A stretch of DNA of 63,068 nt, counting the filler. It is 16 parts of 16 records of this genome, joined end to end, with 100 filler letters (N's around TTAATTAATTAA, not from the genome) between each part and the next. Parts side by side here need not be neighbours in the genome. Positions count along the whole stretch, not along the records: positions 1 to 3,108 come from SRR11831580_355; positions 3,209 to 8,805 come from SRR11831580_360; positions 8,906 to 13,281 come from SRR11831580_380; 13 more parts are not named here. One strand, given 5' to 3'. Position numbers and translations under genes: made by a program. This document shows, piece by piece, positions 1-12,461 of this stretch; within the stretch, counting starts at the first letter, position 1, and each line of letters starts with the position of its first letter. The notes under the pieces are model-generated. The model was not told the origin of the DNA. It saw only the letters and a program-made list of their open reading frames with translations, and made no database searches.

Positions 1-78
1 TGCACCCAGGATGAAAGCCGGGAGGCAGCAAAGTAGCAGCTCCAGCACCAGCCTTTTCCACGACAGCCGTTCCAGCAC
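1..78 (-). CDS. phoR: Phosphate regulon sensor histidine kinase, N-terminal fragment (cut by window edge)
   Basis: GTG at 78 reads [33 protein letters not shown] upstream; directly downstream of phoB. Confidence 0.9.
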   Translation of the reverse strand, partial: MLERLSWKRLVLELLLCCLPAFILGA

Positions 79-135
79 GTAAGATACTCCAGTTAAGAAA
101 TCATAAGCCCTGCTCTGCGTCCGATGAGCAAGGCG

Positions 136-825
136 TTAAAAGCGGGTTGAAAAACGATATCCTGTACCGCGCACGGTCTGCACCATGCGGTCATGCCCGC
201 CGGGCTCCAGTGCTTTACGCAGGCGACGAATGTGGACATCGACCGTGCGGTCTTCCACATACACGTTAGTTCCCCAGACGTGGTTTAACAGCTGCTCGCG
301 GCTGTACACGCGCTCAGGATGCGTCATAAAAAAGTGCAGCAGTTTAAATTCTGTCGGCCCCATCTCCAGCGGCTCTTCGCCCGCCATCACTCGGTGAGAT
401 GTCGGGTCGAGACTTAATCCCTGCATCTCAATCACCTCTTCCACCGCCATTGGCGAAATACGGCGCATTACCGCTTTGATTCGCGCCACCAGCTCCTTCG
501 GCGAAAACGGCTTGGTGATATAGTCATCCGCGCCGGTTTCAAGGCCGCGCACGCGATCTTCTTCTTCCCCTCTGGCGGTCAACATCACCACTGGAATATC
601 CCGGGTCATCGACTCGCGCTTGAGGTGTTTGATGAACTGGATACCGGAGCCGCCAGGTAACATCCAGTCGAGGAGAATTAAATCCGGCCAGGGTTCATTC
701 AGTTGATTCACAGCACTGTCATAATCTTCCGCTTCGACCGGCTGAAAGCCATTTTGTTCGAGCACGAAGCAGACCATTTCGCGAATTGGAGCTTCATCTT
801 CTACGACCAGAATACGTCTCGCCAT
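136..825 (-). CDS. phoB: Phosphate regulon response regulator (OmpR family)
   Basis: 229 aa; [11 protein letters not shown] receiver domain with LLDWMLP and a winged-helix C-terminus. Confidence 0.99.
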
Positions 826-877
826 GATTTGCCCTGTTGTAATAAATAGGTTGCGATCATTAATGCGACGTCATTAT

Positions 878-907
878 GCGTCAGATTTATGACAGATTTA
901 TGAAAAG
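878..907 (-). promoter_or_regulatory. Pho box (11-nt periodic CTGTCAT-like repeats) of the phoBR promoter
   Basis: Minus strand reads CTTTTCATAAATCTGTCATAAATCTGACGC upstream of phoB. Confidence 0.85.
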
Positions 908-1014
908 CTCGTCGCACATATCTTCAGGTTATTGATTTCCGTGGCGCAGAAAAAAGCAAATGGCACATCTGTTTGGGTATAATCGCGCCCATGCTTTTTC
1001 GCCAGGGAACCGTT

Positions 1015-2217
1015 ATGCGCATCCTTCACACCTCAGACTGGCATCTCGGCCAGAACTTCTACAGTAAAAGCCGCGAAGCTGAACATCAGGCTTTTCTTGA
1101 CTGGCTGCTGGAGACAGCACAAACCCATCAGGTGGATGCGATTATTGTTGCCGGTGATGTTTTCGATACCGGCTCGCCGCCCAGTTACGCCCGCACGTTA
1201 TACAACCGTTTTGTTGTCAATTTACAGCAAACTGGCTGTCATCTGGTGGTACTGGCAGGAAACCATGACTCGGTCGCCACGCTGAATGAATCGCGCGATA
1301 TCATGGCGTTCCTCAATACTACCGTGGTCGCCAGCGCCGGACATGCGCCGCAAATCTTGCCTCGTCGCGACGGGACGCCAGGCGCAGTGCTGTGCCCCAT
1401 TCCGTTTTTACGTCCGCGTGACATTATTACCAGCCAGGCGGGGCTTAACGGTATTGAAAAACAGCAGCATTTACTGGCAGCGATTACCGATTATTACCAA
1501 CAACACTATGCCGATGCCTGCAAACTGCGCGGCGATCAGCCTCTGCCCATCATCGCCACGGGACATTTAACGACCGTGGGGGCCAGTAAAAGTGACGCCG
1601 TGCGTGACATTTATATTGGCACGCTGGACGCGTTTCCGGCACAAAACTTTCCACCAGCCGACTACATCGCGCTCGGGCATATTCACCGCGCACAGATTAT
1701 TGGCGGCATGGAACATGTTCGCTATTGCGGCTCCCCCATTCCACTGAGTTTTGATGAATGCGGTAAGAGTAAATATGTCCATCTGGTGACATTTTCAAAC
1801 GGCAAATTAGAGAGCGTGGAAAACCTGAACGTACCGGTAACGCAACCCATGGCAGTGCTGAAAGGCGATCTGGCGTCGATTACCGCACAGCTGGAACAGT
1901 GGCGCGATGTATCGCAGGAGCCACCTGTCTGGCTGGATATCGAAATCACTACTGATGAGTATCTGCATGATATTCAGCGCAAAATCCAGGCATTAACCGA
2001 ATCATTGCCTGTCGAAGTATTGCTGGTACGTCGGAGTCGTGAACAGCGCGAGCGTGTGTTAGCCAGCCAACAGCGTGAAACCCTCAGCGAACTCAGCGTC
2101 GAAGAGGTGTTCAATCGCCGTCTGGCACTGGAAGAACTGGATGAATCGCAGCAGCAACGTCTGCAGCATCTTTTCACCACGACGTTGCATACCCTCGCCG
2201 GAGAACACGAAGCATGA
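1015..2217 (+). CDS. sbcD: SbcCD nuclease subunit (Mre11-like)
   Basis: ATG at 1015 gives 400 aa; metallophosphoesterase motifs HTSDWH, GDVFD, GNHD and GHIH. Confidence 0.98.
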   Translation: MRILHTSDWHLGQNFYSKSREAEHQAFLDWLLETAQTHQVDAIIVAGDVFDTGSPPSYARTLYNRFVVNLQQTGCHLVVLAGNHDSVATLNESRDIMAFLNTTVVASAGHAPQILPRRDGTPGAVLCPIPFLRPRDIITSQAGLNGIEKQQHLLAAITDYYQQHYADACKLRGDQPLPIIATGHLTTVGASKSDAVRDIYIGTLDAFPAQNFPPADYIALGHIHRAQIIGGMEHVRYCGSPIPLSFDECGKSKYVHLVTFSNGKLESVENLNVPVTQPMAVLKGDLASITAQLEQWRDVSQEPPVWLDIEITTDEYLHDIQRKIQALTESLPVEVLLVRRSREQRERVLASQQRETLSELSVEEVFNRRLALEELDESQQQRLQHLFTTTLHTLAGEHEA

Positions 2218-3108
2218 AAATTCTCAGCCTGCGCCTGAAAAACCTGAACTCATTAAAAGGCGAATGGAAGATTGATTTCACCCGCGAGCCGTTCGCCAGC
2301 AACGGGCTGTTTGCTATTACCGGCCCAACAGGTGCGGGGAAAACCACCCTGCTGGACGCCATTTGTCTGGCGCTGTATCACGAAACTCCGCGTCTCTCTA
2401 ACGTTTCACAATCGCAAAATGATCTCATGACCCGCGATACCGCCGAATGTCTGGCGGAGGTGGAGTTTGAAGTGAAAGGTGAAGCGTACCGTGCATTCTG
2501 GAGCCAGAATCGGGCGCGTAACCAACCCGACGGTAATTTGCAGGTGCCACGCGTAGAGCTGGCGCGCTGCGCCGACGGCAAAATTCTCGCCGACAAAGTG
2601 AAAGATAAGCTGGAACTGACAGCGACGTTAACCGGGCTGGATTACGGGCGCTTCACCCGTTCGATGCTGCTTTCGCAGGGGCAATTTGCTGCCTTCCTGA
2701 ATGCCAAACCCAAAGAACGCGCGGAATTGCTCGAGGAGTTAACCGGCACTGAAATCTACGGGCAAATCTCGGCGATGGTTTTTGAGCAGCACAAATCGGC
2801 CCGCACAGAGCTGGAGAAGCTGCAAGCGCAGGCCAGCGGCGTCACGTTGCTCACGCCGGAACAAGTGCAATCGCTGACAGCGAGTTTGCAGGTACTTACT
2901 GACGAAGAAAAACAGTTAATTACCGCGCAGCAGCAAGAACAACAATCGCTAAACTGGTTAACGCGTCAGGACGAATTGCAGCAAGAAGCCAGCCGCCGTC
3001 AGCAGGCCTTGCAACAGGCGTTAGCCGAAGAAGAAAAAGCGCAACCTCAACTGGCGGCGCTTAGTCTGGCACAACCGGCACGAAATCTTCGTCCACACTG
3101 GGAACGCA
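2214..3108 (+). CDS. sbcC: SbcCD SMC-like ATPase subunit, 5' part (cut at contig end)
   Basis: Walker [14 protein letters not shown] motif and start of coiled coil; overlaps the sbcD stop. Confidence 0.97.
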
Positions 3109-3208
3109 NNNNNNNNNNNNNNNNNNNNNNNNNNNNNNNNNNNNNNNNNNNNTTAATTAATTAANNNNNNNNNNNNNNNNNNNNNNNNNNNNNNNNNNNN
3201 NNNNNNNN
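3109..3208. other. Artificial 100-nt contig spacer N44-TTAATTAATTAA-N44 (first of 15)
   Basis: The same spacer recurs at 8806, 13282, 15507, 21770, 24742, 27683, 32677, 37007, 43150, 47799, 52410, 54929, 57386 and 59806; genes on either side are unrelated and often truncated. Confidence 0.99.
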
Positions 3209-3750
3209 TCCCCCATTGCCCCACTCTGATTTGCCTGATTCCAGGCCTCTTTTTCGATACCCTGCCAGCTCAGTTGATATCCGGCATGAATCGCCAGTTG
3301 CTCGAAGAAGATCCGCTGTGCCAGACCACTTCCCACCCGGAAGGGATGCAGCACGTTGATTTCACAATAGTAATGCGCCAGCCGCTCGACGAACTTCGCT
3401 TTCTCCAGGCCAACCAGATAACCTTCTTCCTCCAGATCCTGCATCAGGGCATTGCCCTCTTTTTCGATATAAGCAAAGTGGCAGAACGGCGTATCACCCT
3501 GATAAATATCAACTTCACGCAGTTGCCCTGCCCAGTCGAAAATATCCTGATACAGCTGGCGATGGATAGTTCGCAAATGCGGTAAACCGCGCACCAGCGG
3601 ACCAAGCTCAATGGTCGCAGCACGCAGCGCCGTCATTTCGTAAGCGGCCTGTTCCAGCCGCTGCTGCTGGCGGATGTTCAGCCGGTTACGCATGATATCA
3701 AGGCCTGGATAAAGATACGGATCGCGCCCTTCGCCGAATTTATCGCTCAT
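3209..3750 (-). CDS. fic: Fic-domain protein (FicT), 3' truncated
   Basis: [16 protein letters not shown] start; degenerate Fic motif [12 protein letters not shown]. Confidence 0.96.
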
Positions 3751-3907
3751 AGTGACTCCTCAGCTCTTCAAGGCGCGCTAAAGCCTCTGCGGCAGTAAGA
3801 GTGACTAAAGGCATCTCGACGCCTTCAAGACGGCGACTGGCCTGAAAATTACGATTACGCTGAAGCTCCCAGAGACGGGACTTTTGCTTATCGGTGAGTT
3901 TCTTCAC
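3740..3907 (-). CDS. yhfG: FicA-type antitoxin, 55 aa (below the ORF-track cutoff)
   Basis: GTG at 3907 reads [55 protein letters not shown]; SxxxEG inhibitory motif; overlaps the fic start. Confidence 0.93.
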
Positions 3908-4011
3908 TTGATGCCTCCCTGAACGTGTCCATTTGCCACAAGTATAAGCGGCAAATCCGGGTTACGCCGGGAGAGCAGAAGCGCGGGCAAGATTGCCCGC
4001 GCGAGAAATCA

Positions 4012-4593
<582 letters not shown>

Positions 4594-4716
4594 TTAACAA
4601 ACAGAGCAGAAAAAAAGCAAGTGAAGAGATTCTAAATAGCCTTCAAGAACAAGGCCATCCCTTTACCTAATTTTACGTATCTGAAATATATGTAACCTGA
4701 CGATCACTTTTTATTC

Positions 4717-4732
4717 CGTGATCAAAATCACC
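4717..4732. promoter_or_regulatory. CRP-like site in the ppiA-tsgA intergenic region
   Basis: CGTGA-N6-TCACC resembles the TGTGA-N6-TCACA consensus. Confidence 0.5.
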
Positions 4733-4854
4733 TCTTAAAATGCAATTTAGCAACCGATTGCAATAAAACATTTAAACAGATCACAAAATCACCTAAAATC
4801 GCCCGCTCGCGGCATATCCCGCTATGCCATTTTATTTTTGAACGCAGGCCAATC

Positions 4855-6036
4855 ATGACTAACAGCAATCGCATCAAGCTCACATGGATTAGCTTTCTCT
4901 CCTACGCACTGACTGGTGCGTTGGTTATTGTCACCGGGATGGTGATGGGAAATATCGCCGATTATTTCAATCTGCCTGTTTCCAGTATGAGTAATACCTT
5001 CACCTTCCTCAACGCCGGCATTTTAATCTCTATCTTCCTCAACGCCTGGCTGATGGAAATCGTCCCGTTGAAAACGCAGTTACGTTTTGGCTTTCTCCTG
5101 ATGGTGCTGGCGGTTGCCGGTTTGATGTTCAGCCACAGCCTGGCGCTGTTCTCGGCGGCGATGTTCATTCTCGGGGTGGTCAGCGGCATCACCATGTCGA
5201 TTGGTACATTCCTGGTAACACAAATGTATGAAGGGCGTCAGCGCGGTTCCCGCCTGTTATTTACCGACTCCTTCTTCAGTATGGCTGGGATGATTTTCCC
5301 AATGATCGCCGCGTTTCTACTGGCGCGCAGCATTGAGTGGTACTGGGTTTATGCCTGCATCGGGCTGGTGTATGTCGCTATTTTTATTCTGACCTTCGGC
5401 TGTGAGTTCCCGGCGCTGGGCAAACATGCGCCAAAAACGGATGCTCCGGTAGAGAAAGAAAAGTGGGGGATCGGCGTACTGTTTCTCTCTGTTGCGGCGT
5501 TGTGCTACATCCTCGGTCAGTTAGGTTTTATCTCCTGGGTGCCTGAGTATGCCAAAGGCCTGGGCATGAGCCTGAACGACGCGGGCACGCTGGTGAGTAA
5601 CTTCTGGATGTCATACATGGTCGGCATGTGGGCGTTCAGCTTTATTCTTCGCTTCTTTGATTTGCAACGCATTCTGACCGTACTGGCTGGTCTGGCTGCG
5701 ATTCTGATGTACGTCTTTAACACCGGAACACCAGCACATATGGCGTGGTCAATTCTCGCTCTGGGCTTCTTCTCCAGCGCGATCTATACCACCATCATCA
5801 CCCTGGGTTCACAGCAGACCAAAGTACCGTCGCCAAAACTGGTTAACTTTGTCCTGACCTGCGGAACCATCGGTACTATGTTGACCTTTGTGGTTACCGG
5901 CCCGATCGTTGAACATAGCGGTCCGCAGGCGGCACTGCTTACAGCAAACGGTCTGTACGCTGTCGTCTTTGTGATGTGCTTCCTGTTAGGTTTCGTCAGC
6001 CGTCACCGTCAGCATAACACCCTGACCTCTCATTAA
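4855..6036 (+). CDS. tsgA: MFS transporter TsgA (YhfC)
   Basis: 393 aa with about 12 hydrophobic segments; lies between ppiA and nirB as in E. coli. Confidence 0.95.
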
Positions 6037-6044
6037 TTGCTCAT

Positions 6045-6075
6045 GCCGGACGGCACTATCGTCGTCCGGCCTTTT
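6045..6075 (+). terminator. Intrinsic terminator after tsgA
   Basis: GCCGGACG...CGTCCGGC stem followed by CTTTT. Confidence 0.7.
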
Positions 6076-6196
6076 CCTCTCTTCCCCCGCTACGTGCATC
6101 TATTTCTATAAACCCGCTCATTTTGTCTATTTTTTGCACAAACATGAAATATCAGACAATTCCGTGACTTAAGAAAATTTATACAAATCAGCAATA

Positions 6197-6239
6197 TACC
6201 CATTAAGGAGTATATAAAGGTGAATTTGATTTACATCAA
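6197..6239 (+). promoter_or_regulatory. nirB promoter: NarL/NarP 7-2-7 site (6197-6212) and FNR box (6226-6239)
   Basis: TACCCAT-TA-AGGAGTA and a perfect TTGAT-TTAC-ATCAA. Confidence 0.9.
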
Positions 6240-6297
6240 TAAGCGGGGTTGCTGAATCGTTAAGGTAGGCGGTAATAGAAAAGAAATCGAGGCAAAA

Positions 6298-8805
6298 ATG
6301 AGCAAAGTCAGACTCGCAATTATCGGTAACGGTATGGTCGGCCATCGCTTTATCGAAGATCTTCTTGATAAATCTGATGCGGCCAACTTTGATATTACCG
6401 TTTTCTGTGAAGAACCGCGCATCGCTTATGACCGCGTACACCTCTCGTCTTACTTCTCTCACCACACCGCCGAAGAGCTGTCGCTGGTGCGCGAAGGCTT
6501 CTACGAGAAACACGGCATCAAAGTTCTGGTCGGCGAACGCGCTATCACCATCAACCGTCAGGAGAAGGTGATTCACTCCAGCGCCGGACGTACCGTTTTT
6601 TATGACAAGCTGATCATGGCAACCGGTTCCTACCCGTGGATCCCGCCAATCAAAGGTTCTGATACTCAGGACTGCTTTGTCTATCGCACTATTGAAGACC
6701 TCAACGCCATTGAATCCTGCGCCCGTCGCAGCAAACGCGGTGCCGTTGTTGGTGGCGGCCTGTTAGGTCTGGAAGCCGCAGGCGCGCTGAAAAACTTAGG
6801 TATTGAAACCCACGTTATCGAATTTGCCCCTATGCTGATGGCAGAACAGCTTGATCAGATGGGCGGCGAGCAGCTGCGTCGCAAAATCGAAAGTATGGGC
6901 GTGCGCGTTCACACCAGCAAAAACACCCTTGAGATTGTGCAGGAAGGTGTTGAAGCGCGTAAAACCATGCGTTTTGCCGACGGCAGCGAACTGGAAGTCG
7001 ACTTTATCGTCTTCTCTACCGGTATCCGTCCGCGCGATAAGCTGGCAACCCAGTGTGGTCTGGACGTTGCTCCGCGTGGGGGTATTGTCATTAATGATTC
7101 CTGCCAGACTTCCGATCCGGATATCTACGCCATCGGTGAATGCGCAAGCTGGAACAACCGTGTATTTGGTCTGGTAGCACCTGGCTACAAAATGGCGCAG
7201 GTCGCCGTTGACCATATTCTCGGTAGCGAAAACGCCTTTGAAGGTGCTGACCTTAGCGCCAAGCTGAAACTGCTGGGCGTAGACGTAGGCGGTATTGGTG
7301 ATGCGCACGGTCGCACGCCTGGCGCACGTAGCTACGTTTACCTCGACGAAAGTAAAGAGATCTACAAACGCCTGATTGTCAGCGAAGACAACAAAACCCT
7401 GCTCGGTGCGGTACTGGTGGGCGATACCAGCGACTACGGTAACCTGCTGCAACTGGTGCTGAACGCTATCGAACTGCCGGAAAACCCGGATTCCCTGATC
7501 CTGCCAGCACACTCGGGTAGCGGCAAGCCGTCTATCGGTGTTGATAAACTGCCGGACAGCGCGCAAATCTGCTCCTGCTTCGACGTCACCAAAGGTGATC
7601 TGATTGCTGCCATCAACAAAGGCTGCCACACAGTTGCGGCGCTGAAAGCTGAAACCAAAGCGGGTACTGGCTGCGGTGGCTGTATCCCGCTGGTCACTCA
7701 GGTACTGAACGCGGAACTGGCGAAACAGGGCATCGAAGTTAACAACAACCTGTGCGAACACTTTGCTTATTCGCGTCAGGAACTGTTCCATTTGATCCGC
7801 GTTGAAGGCATTAAAACCTTCGAAGAACTGCTGGCGAAACACGGCAAAGGCTACGGTTGTGAAGTTTGTAAACCAACCGTCGGTTCGCTGCTGGCCTCCT
7901 GCTGGAACGAATACATTCTGAAGCCGGAACATACTCCGCTGCAGGATTCTAACGACAACTTCCTCGCTAACATCCAGAAAGACGGCACCTACTCGGTGAT
8001 CCCGCGTTCTCCGGGCGGTGAAATCACCCCGGAAGGGCTGATGGCGGTAGGTCGTATCGCGCGTGAATTTAATCTCTACACCAAGATCACTGGCTCCCAG
8101 CGTCTGGCGATGTTTGGCGCACAGAAAGACGATCTGCCGGAGATCTGGCGTCAGCTGATTGAAGCCGGCTTCGAAACCGGTCATGCCTATGCGAAAGCAC
8201 TGCGTATGGCGAAAACCTGCGTGGGTAGCACCTGGTGCCGCTACGGCGTTGGCGACAGCGTCGGCCTCGGCGTGGAACTGGAAAACCGCTACAAAGGCAT
8301 CCGTACGCCGCACAAAATGAAGTTCGGTGTCTCCGGCTGTACCCGTGAATGTTCAGAAGCTCAGGGTAAAGACGTGGGTATTATCGCCACTGAAAAAGGC
8401 TGGAACCTGTATGTTTGCGGTAACGGCGGCATGAAACCGCGTCATGCGGATCTGCTGGCGGCGGATATCGATCGCGAAACGCTGATCAAATATCTCGACC
8501 GCTTCATGATGTTCTACATCCGTACTGCCGACAAACTGACGCGTACCGCACCGTGGTTAGAAAACCTCGAAGGCGGCATCGATTACCTGAAAGCAGTGAT
8601 CATTGACGACAAACTGGGGCTGAACGCACATCTGGAAGAAGAGATGGCGCGCCTGCGTGAAGCGGTACTGTGTGAGTGGACTGAAACGGTCAATACGCCG
8701 TCTGCGCAGACTCGCTTCAAACACTTCATCAACAGCGACAAGCGTGACCCGAACGTGCAGATGGTGCCAGAGCGCGAACAGCACCGTCCGGCAACGCCGT
8801 ATGAA
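6298..8805 (+). CDS. nirB: NADH-dependent nitrite reductase large subunit (last residues missing)
   Basis: FAD motif GNGMVG, NADH motif GGGLLG, BFD-like Cys clusters, siroheme/4Fe-4S motifs CVGSTWC and SGCTREC. Confidence 0.99.
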
Positions 8806-8905
8806 NNNNNNNNNNNNNNNNNNNNNNNNNNNNNNNNNNNNNNNNNNNNTTAATTAATTAANNNNNNNNNNNNNNNNNNNNNNNNNNNNNNNNNNNNNNN
8901 NNNNN

Positions 8906-10110
8906 AAACCAGTGATGGAACATTAATTTAATGTAATCAATGATTTTGCCGAAGAAGTTACCTTCCGGGATTTCTTGCAACACAACCAGCGGGCGTTGCT
9001 CGATCGTTTTGCCATCAAGCTGGAAGTTGATAGTTCCGACGACCTGATTCTTTTGCAGCGGCGCATGCAATTCACTGCTGTTCAGCACATAGCTGGCTTT
9101 CAGATCTTTCATGCGACCACGCGGAATGGTCAGGTACACGTCTTTATCAACCCCTAACGAAGCGCGATCAGAATCACCAAACCAAACCGGTTCAGAGGCG
9201 AACTCTTTACCTACTTTCAGTGGGTTAACGGTTTCAAAGAAACGGAAGCCCCAGGTTAGCAGTTTTTTACTTTCGGCTTCACGGCCTTTAAAAGTACGTC
9301 CGCCCATTACCGCAGAAATCAAGCGCATCTGGCCTTCAGTCGCAGAAGCAACAAGGTTGTAACCTGCTTTGTCAGTGTGTCCGGTTTTGATGCCGTCGAC
9401 ATTCAGGCTGTTATCCCATAACAGGCCGTTACGGTTCAGCTGGCGAATACCGTTAAACGTAAATTCTTTTCTTTATAGATCGAGTATTCATTCGGTACGT
9501 CACGGATCAATGCCTGGCCGATCAGCGCCATATCTCGCGCGGAGCTGTACTGACCATCAGCATCCAGACCATGTACCGTCTGGAAGTGGGTATTTTTCAG
9601 GCCCAGTGCGTTAACGTAGCTGTTCATCAAGCCAACAAAAGCGTCCTGGCTACCAGCGGCAAAATCGGCCATGGCGACACAAGCATCGTTACCCGATTGC
9701 AGGTTAATACCGCGGATCAGCTGAGAAACCGGAACCTGCATGCCCGGTTTGAGGAACATCAGCGAAGAACCTTTAAACACCGGGTTACCGGTGGCCCATG
9801 CGTCGTTGCCGATAGTGACTAAATCAGTTTCTTTAAATTTACCGGCTTTCATTGCCTGGCCGATAACGTAACTGGTCATCATTTTGGTCAGGCTGGCAGG
9901 ATCGCGGCGGACATCTGCGTTCTGTTCGGCGAGCACTTTGCCGGAGTTATAGTCAATCAGGATGTAGGACTCCGCATCGATCTGCGGTACACCCGGGATC
10001 ATAGTTTTGATATTCAGGTCATCGGCATGTGCAGCAGAGATAAAGGCTGTGCAAAGAGCCGTGGTGAGCGCCAGGCGCTTCATGATACGAGCGGAAAAAA
10101 TGGTATTCAT
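8906..10110 (-). CDS. dacA: D-Ala-D-Ala carboxypeptidase PBP5; split by a -1 homopolymer frameshift at 9467-9470; last codons missing
   Basis: ATG at 10110 ([12 protein letters not shown]); SLTK and SGN motifs; the KTG motif and C-terminus (...LMFHHWF) lie in a second frame. Confidence 0.95.
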
Positions 10111-10248
10111 GGTCTGAACTACGACATCCGTGATGGAATTAAAAAAGTGCCCTACTATAGCAAATGCACTACCGGCAGGCATCTGACTTTCCGCGTGACT
10201 TTGTTAACGTCATTTACAGAAATTGACACATCAGATGCCTGCTTTACG

Positions 10249-11337
10249 CTACTGCGCGGTAGTAATAAATGACTGTAATTGGGCTTCGGTTTGCAAACGT
10301 TGCTGCAAGGTACTGGCTTCGGCTTTGCTGGCGAATGGGCCAAGCTGGATCCGCCAGACCGCGCCATTTTGAGTTACGCGACCGGGGACGCCGAACTTCT
10401 GTCCCAGTTGCTGTTGGTACTGTTGCGCACGAGCCTGATCGCTTACGGCCCCGACTTGCACCATAAAGTTGCCGCTGGCGCTTTGCGAGACGGCTTGCGG
10501 TGTCACCATTGCAGGCGAGGTTGCAGGCGTTGTCGACGGAGCTGTAACAACGGGCTGTGGCGCAGGCGTCGGTTCGCTGCCTTCCAGTACACCAGGCGCT
10601 AAGGTCGTTGGTGCGCCGAGGAAACCGCTACTGGTTACCGGCGCGCCGGTCGGATCTTCGCTTTTTAGCGTCGAATTACTGACCGGAAGAATGTCACCCT
10701 GCGGGCCAGACACTGAACTTGTTCCCGCGCCACCGCTTAAATCGGGAGGTGCAGGCAGGGCGTAAGTCTGTTTGGCGACTGTGGTACAAGCCATACCAGG
10801 ACCAGAAAGCGAACCATCCTGGGCAACAATAATCGGATCGATACGAACTTTGGTGTTGTTTGACGTGTTAAGACGGTCAGCTGCCGCGCGAGAAAGTGAA
10901 ATAACGCGGTCGTTGCCGTAAGGGCCGCGATCATTAATGCGCACCACGATCATTCGCCCGTTAGCCAGGTTAGTGATTCTGGCGTAGCTGGGGATCGGAA
11001 GCGTTGGATGGGCTGCCGTCAGCTGTGTCGGATCGAATGCTTCGCCAGAGGCCGTCAGGTTACTGCCGGGTTCGGCATCATAGATTGCCGCCAGTCCCGC
11101 CTGGCTAAATCGAGACGGATCCTGCACGATTTTGTAGCTTTTACCGTCGCGCTGGTAATCCTGATTTGCCGTCGCGTTCAGTGGTTCGAAACGCGGGTCC
11201 GCCCCGCTAATTTCAACTATAGGGCCGTTACATACCGCAGGCTGCGGTACACTTACCGTCTGTTGCTGACCATCATCGCTTGTACATGCCGCGAGCATTC
11301 CTGCCGCGATGCAGATCCCGAGCCACTGCTTACGCAT
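10249..11337 (-). CDS. rlpA: Rare lipoprotein A (DPBB lytic-transglycosylase-like domain plus SPOR domain)
   Basis: Lipobox LAAC, TAAHPTLP and INDRGP motifs, C-terminal SPOR domain. Confidence 0.98.
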   Translation of the reverse strand: MRKQWLGICIAAGMLAACTSDDGQQQTVSVPQPAVCNGPIVEISGADPRFEPLNATANQDYQRDGKSYKIVQDPSRFSQAGLAAIYDAEPGSNLTASGEAFDPTQLTAAHPTLPIPSYARITNLANGRMIVVRINDRGPYGNDRVISLSRAAADRLNTSNNTKVRIDPIIVAQDGSLSGPGMACTTVAKQTYALPAPPDLSGGAGTSSVSGPQGDILPVSNSTLKSEDPTGAPVTSSGFLGAPTTLAPGVLEGSEPTPAPQPVVTAPSTTPATSPAMVTPQAVSQSASGNFMVQVGAVSDQARAQQYQQQLGQKFGVPGRVTQNGAVWRIQLGPFASKAEASTLQQRLQTEAQLQSFITTAQ

Positions 11338-11347
11338 TGCGCACCTC

Positions 11348-12459
11348 TTACACGCTTTTCGACAACATTTTCCTGTGGGTGTGGATTGACATTACAATCC
11401 CGAACCCAGCCATCAGCACAATTAGCGCCGATCCTCCATAACTGACCAGTGGGAGCGGAACCCCTACAACCGGCAGAATACCGCTTACCATACCAATATT
11501 TACGAAGACATAAACGAATAATATCAGCATTAAGCCGCCAGCCATGACGCGACCAAAGGTGGTTTGCGCTCTGGCGGCTATCCACAGCCCGCGCATGATC
11601 AGCAGAATGTAGAGAGCGAGCAGAATCAGAATGCCCACTAATCCCAGCTCTTCCGCCAGTACCGCGAAGATAAAGTCAGTATGGCGTTCGGGGAGAAATT
11701 CAAGCTGTGACTGAGTGCCGTGCAGCCAGCCTTTGCCGCGTAATCCGCCGGAGCCAATAGCAATTTTAGACTGAATAATGTGATAGCCCGCGCCGAGTGG
11801 GTCTGATTCCGGGTCCAGGAGCATCATTACGCGCTGGCGCTGGTAATCATGCATCAGGAAGAACCACAGAATCGGAATGAACGCCGCTACCAGCACTACT
11901 GCGACGCCAATCAGACGCCAGCTAAGGCCAGAGAGGAACAGTACAAACAGACCGGAAAGCGCAACGAGGATTGATGTTCCCAGGTCAGGCTGTGCAGCCA
12001 CCAGCAGCGTGGGCATAAATATCAGCACCAGCGCGATGCCAGTGTTCTTCAACGATGGCGGGCAAACGTCGCGGTTGATAAAGCGCGCAACCATCAGTGG
12101 TACGGCTATTTTGGCAATTTCCGACGGCTGAAAACGAACAATACCGAGGTCCAGCCAGCGTTGAGCACCTTTAGAGATGGCACCGAAAGCATCTACCGCC
12201 ACCAGCAAAATAATACAGATGATATAGAGATAGGGGGCCCAGCCTTCATAAACGCGTGGAGGAATTTGCGCCATCACCACCATGATGACCAGACCCATCG
12301 CGATTTGGCCGATTTTACGCTCCATCATGCCAATATCCTGACCGCTGGCGCTCCAGATAACCAGGGCGCTGTAAACCAGCAATGCCAGTAAGATCAGCAG
12401 CATTGTGGGATCGAGATGGACTTTATCCCAGAATGTTTTTTATTCGGATTATCCGTCAT
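11348..12459 (-). CDS. mrdB: SEDS peptidoglycan polymerase RodA; -1 frameshift in the A-run at 12436-12441
   Basis: ATG at 12459 (MTDNPNK...) is out of frame with the body (span 1112 nt); [14 protein letters not shown] and SYGGS motifs. Confidence 0.96.
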
Positions 12460-12461
12460 GA

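Noticed and set aside
6796..8313. 505-aa ORF antisense to nirB
   Set aside because: Same antisense shadow effect; no recognisable motifs
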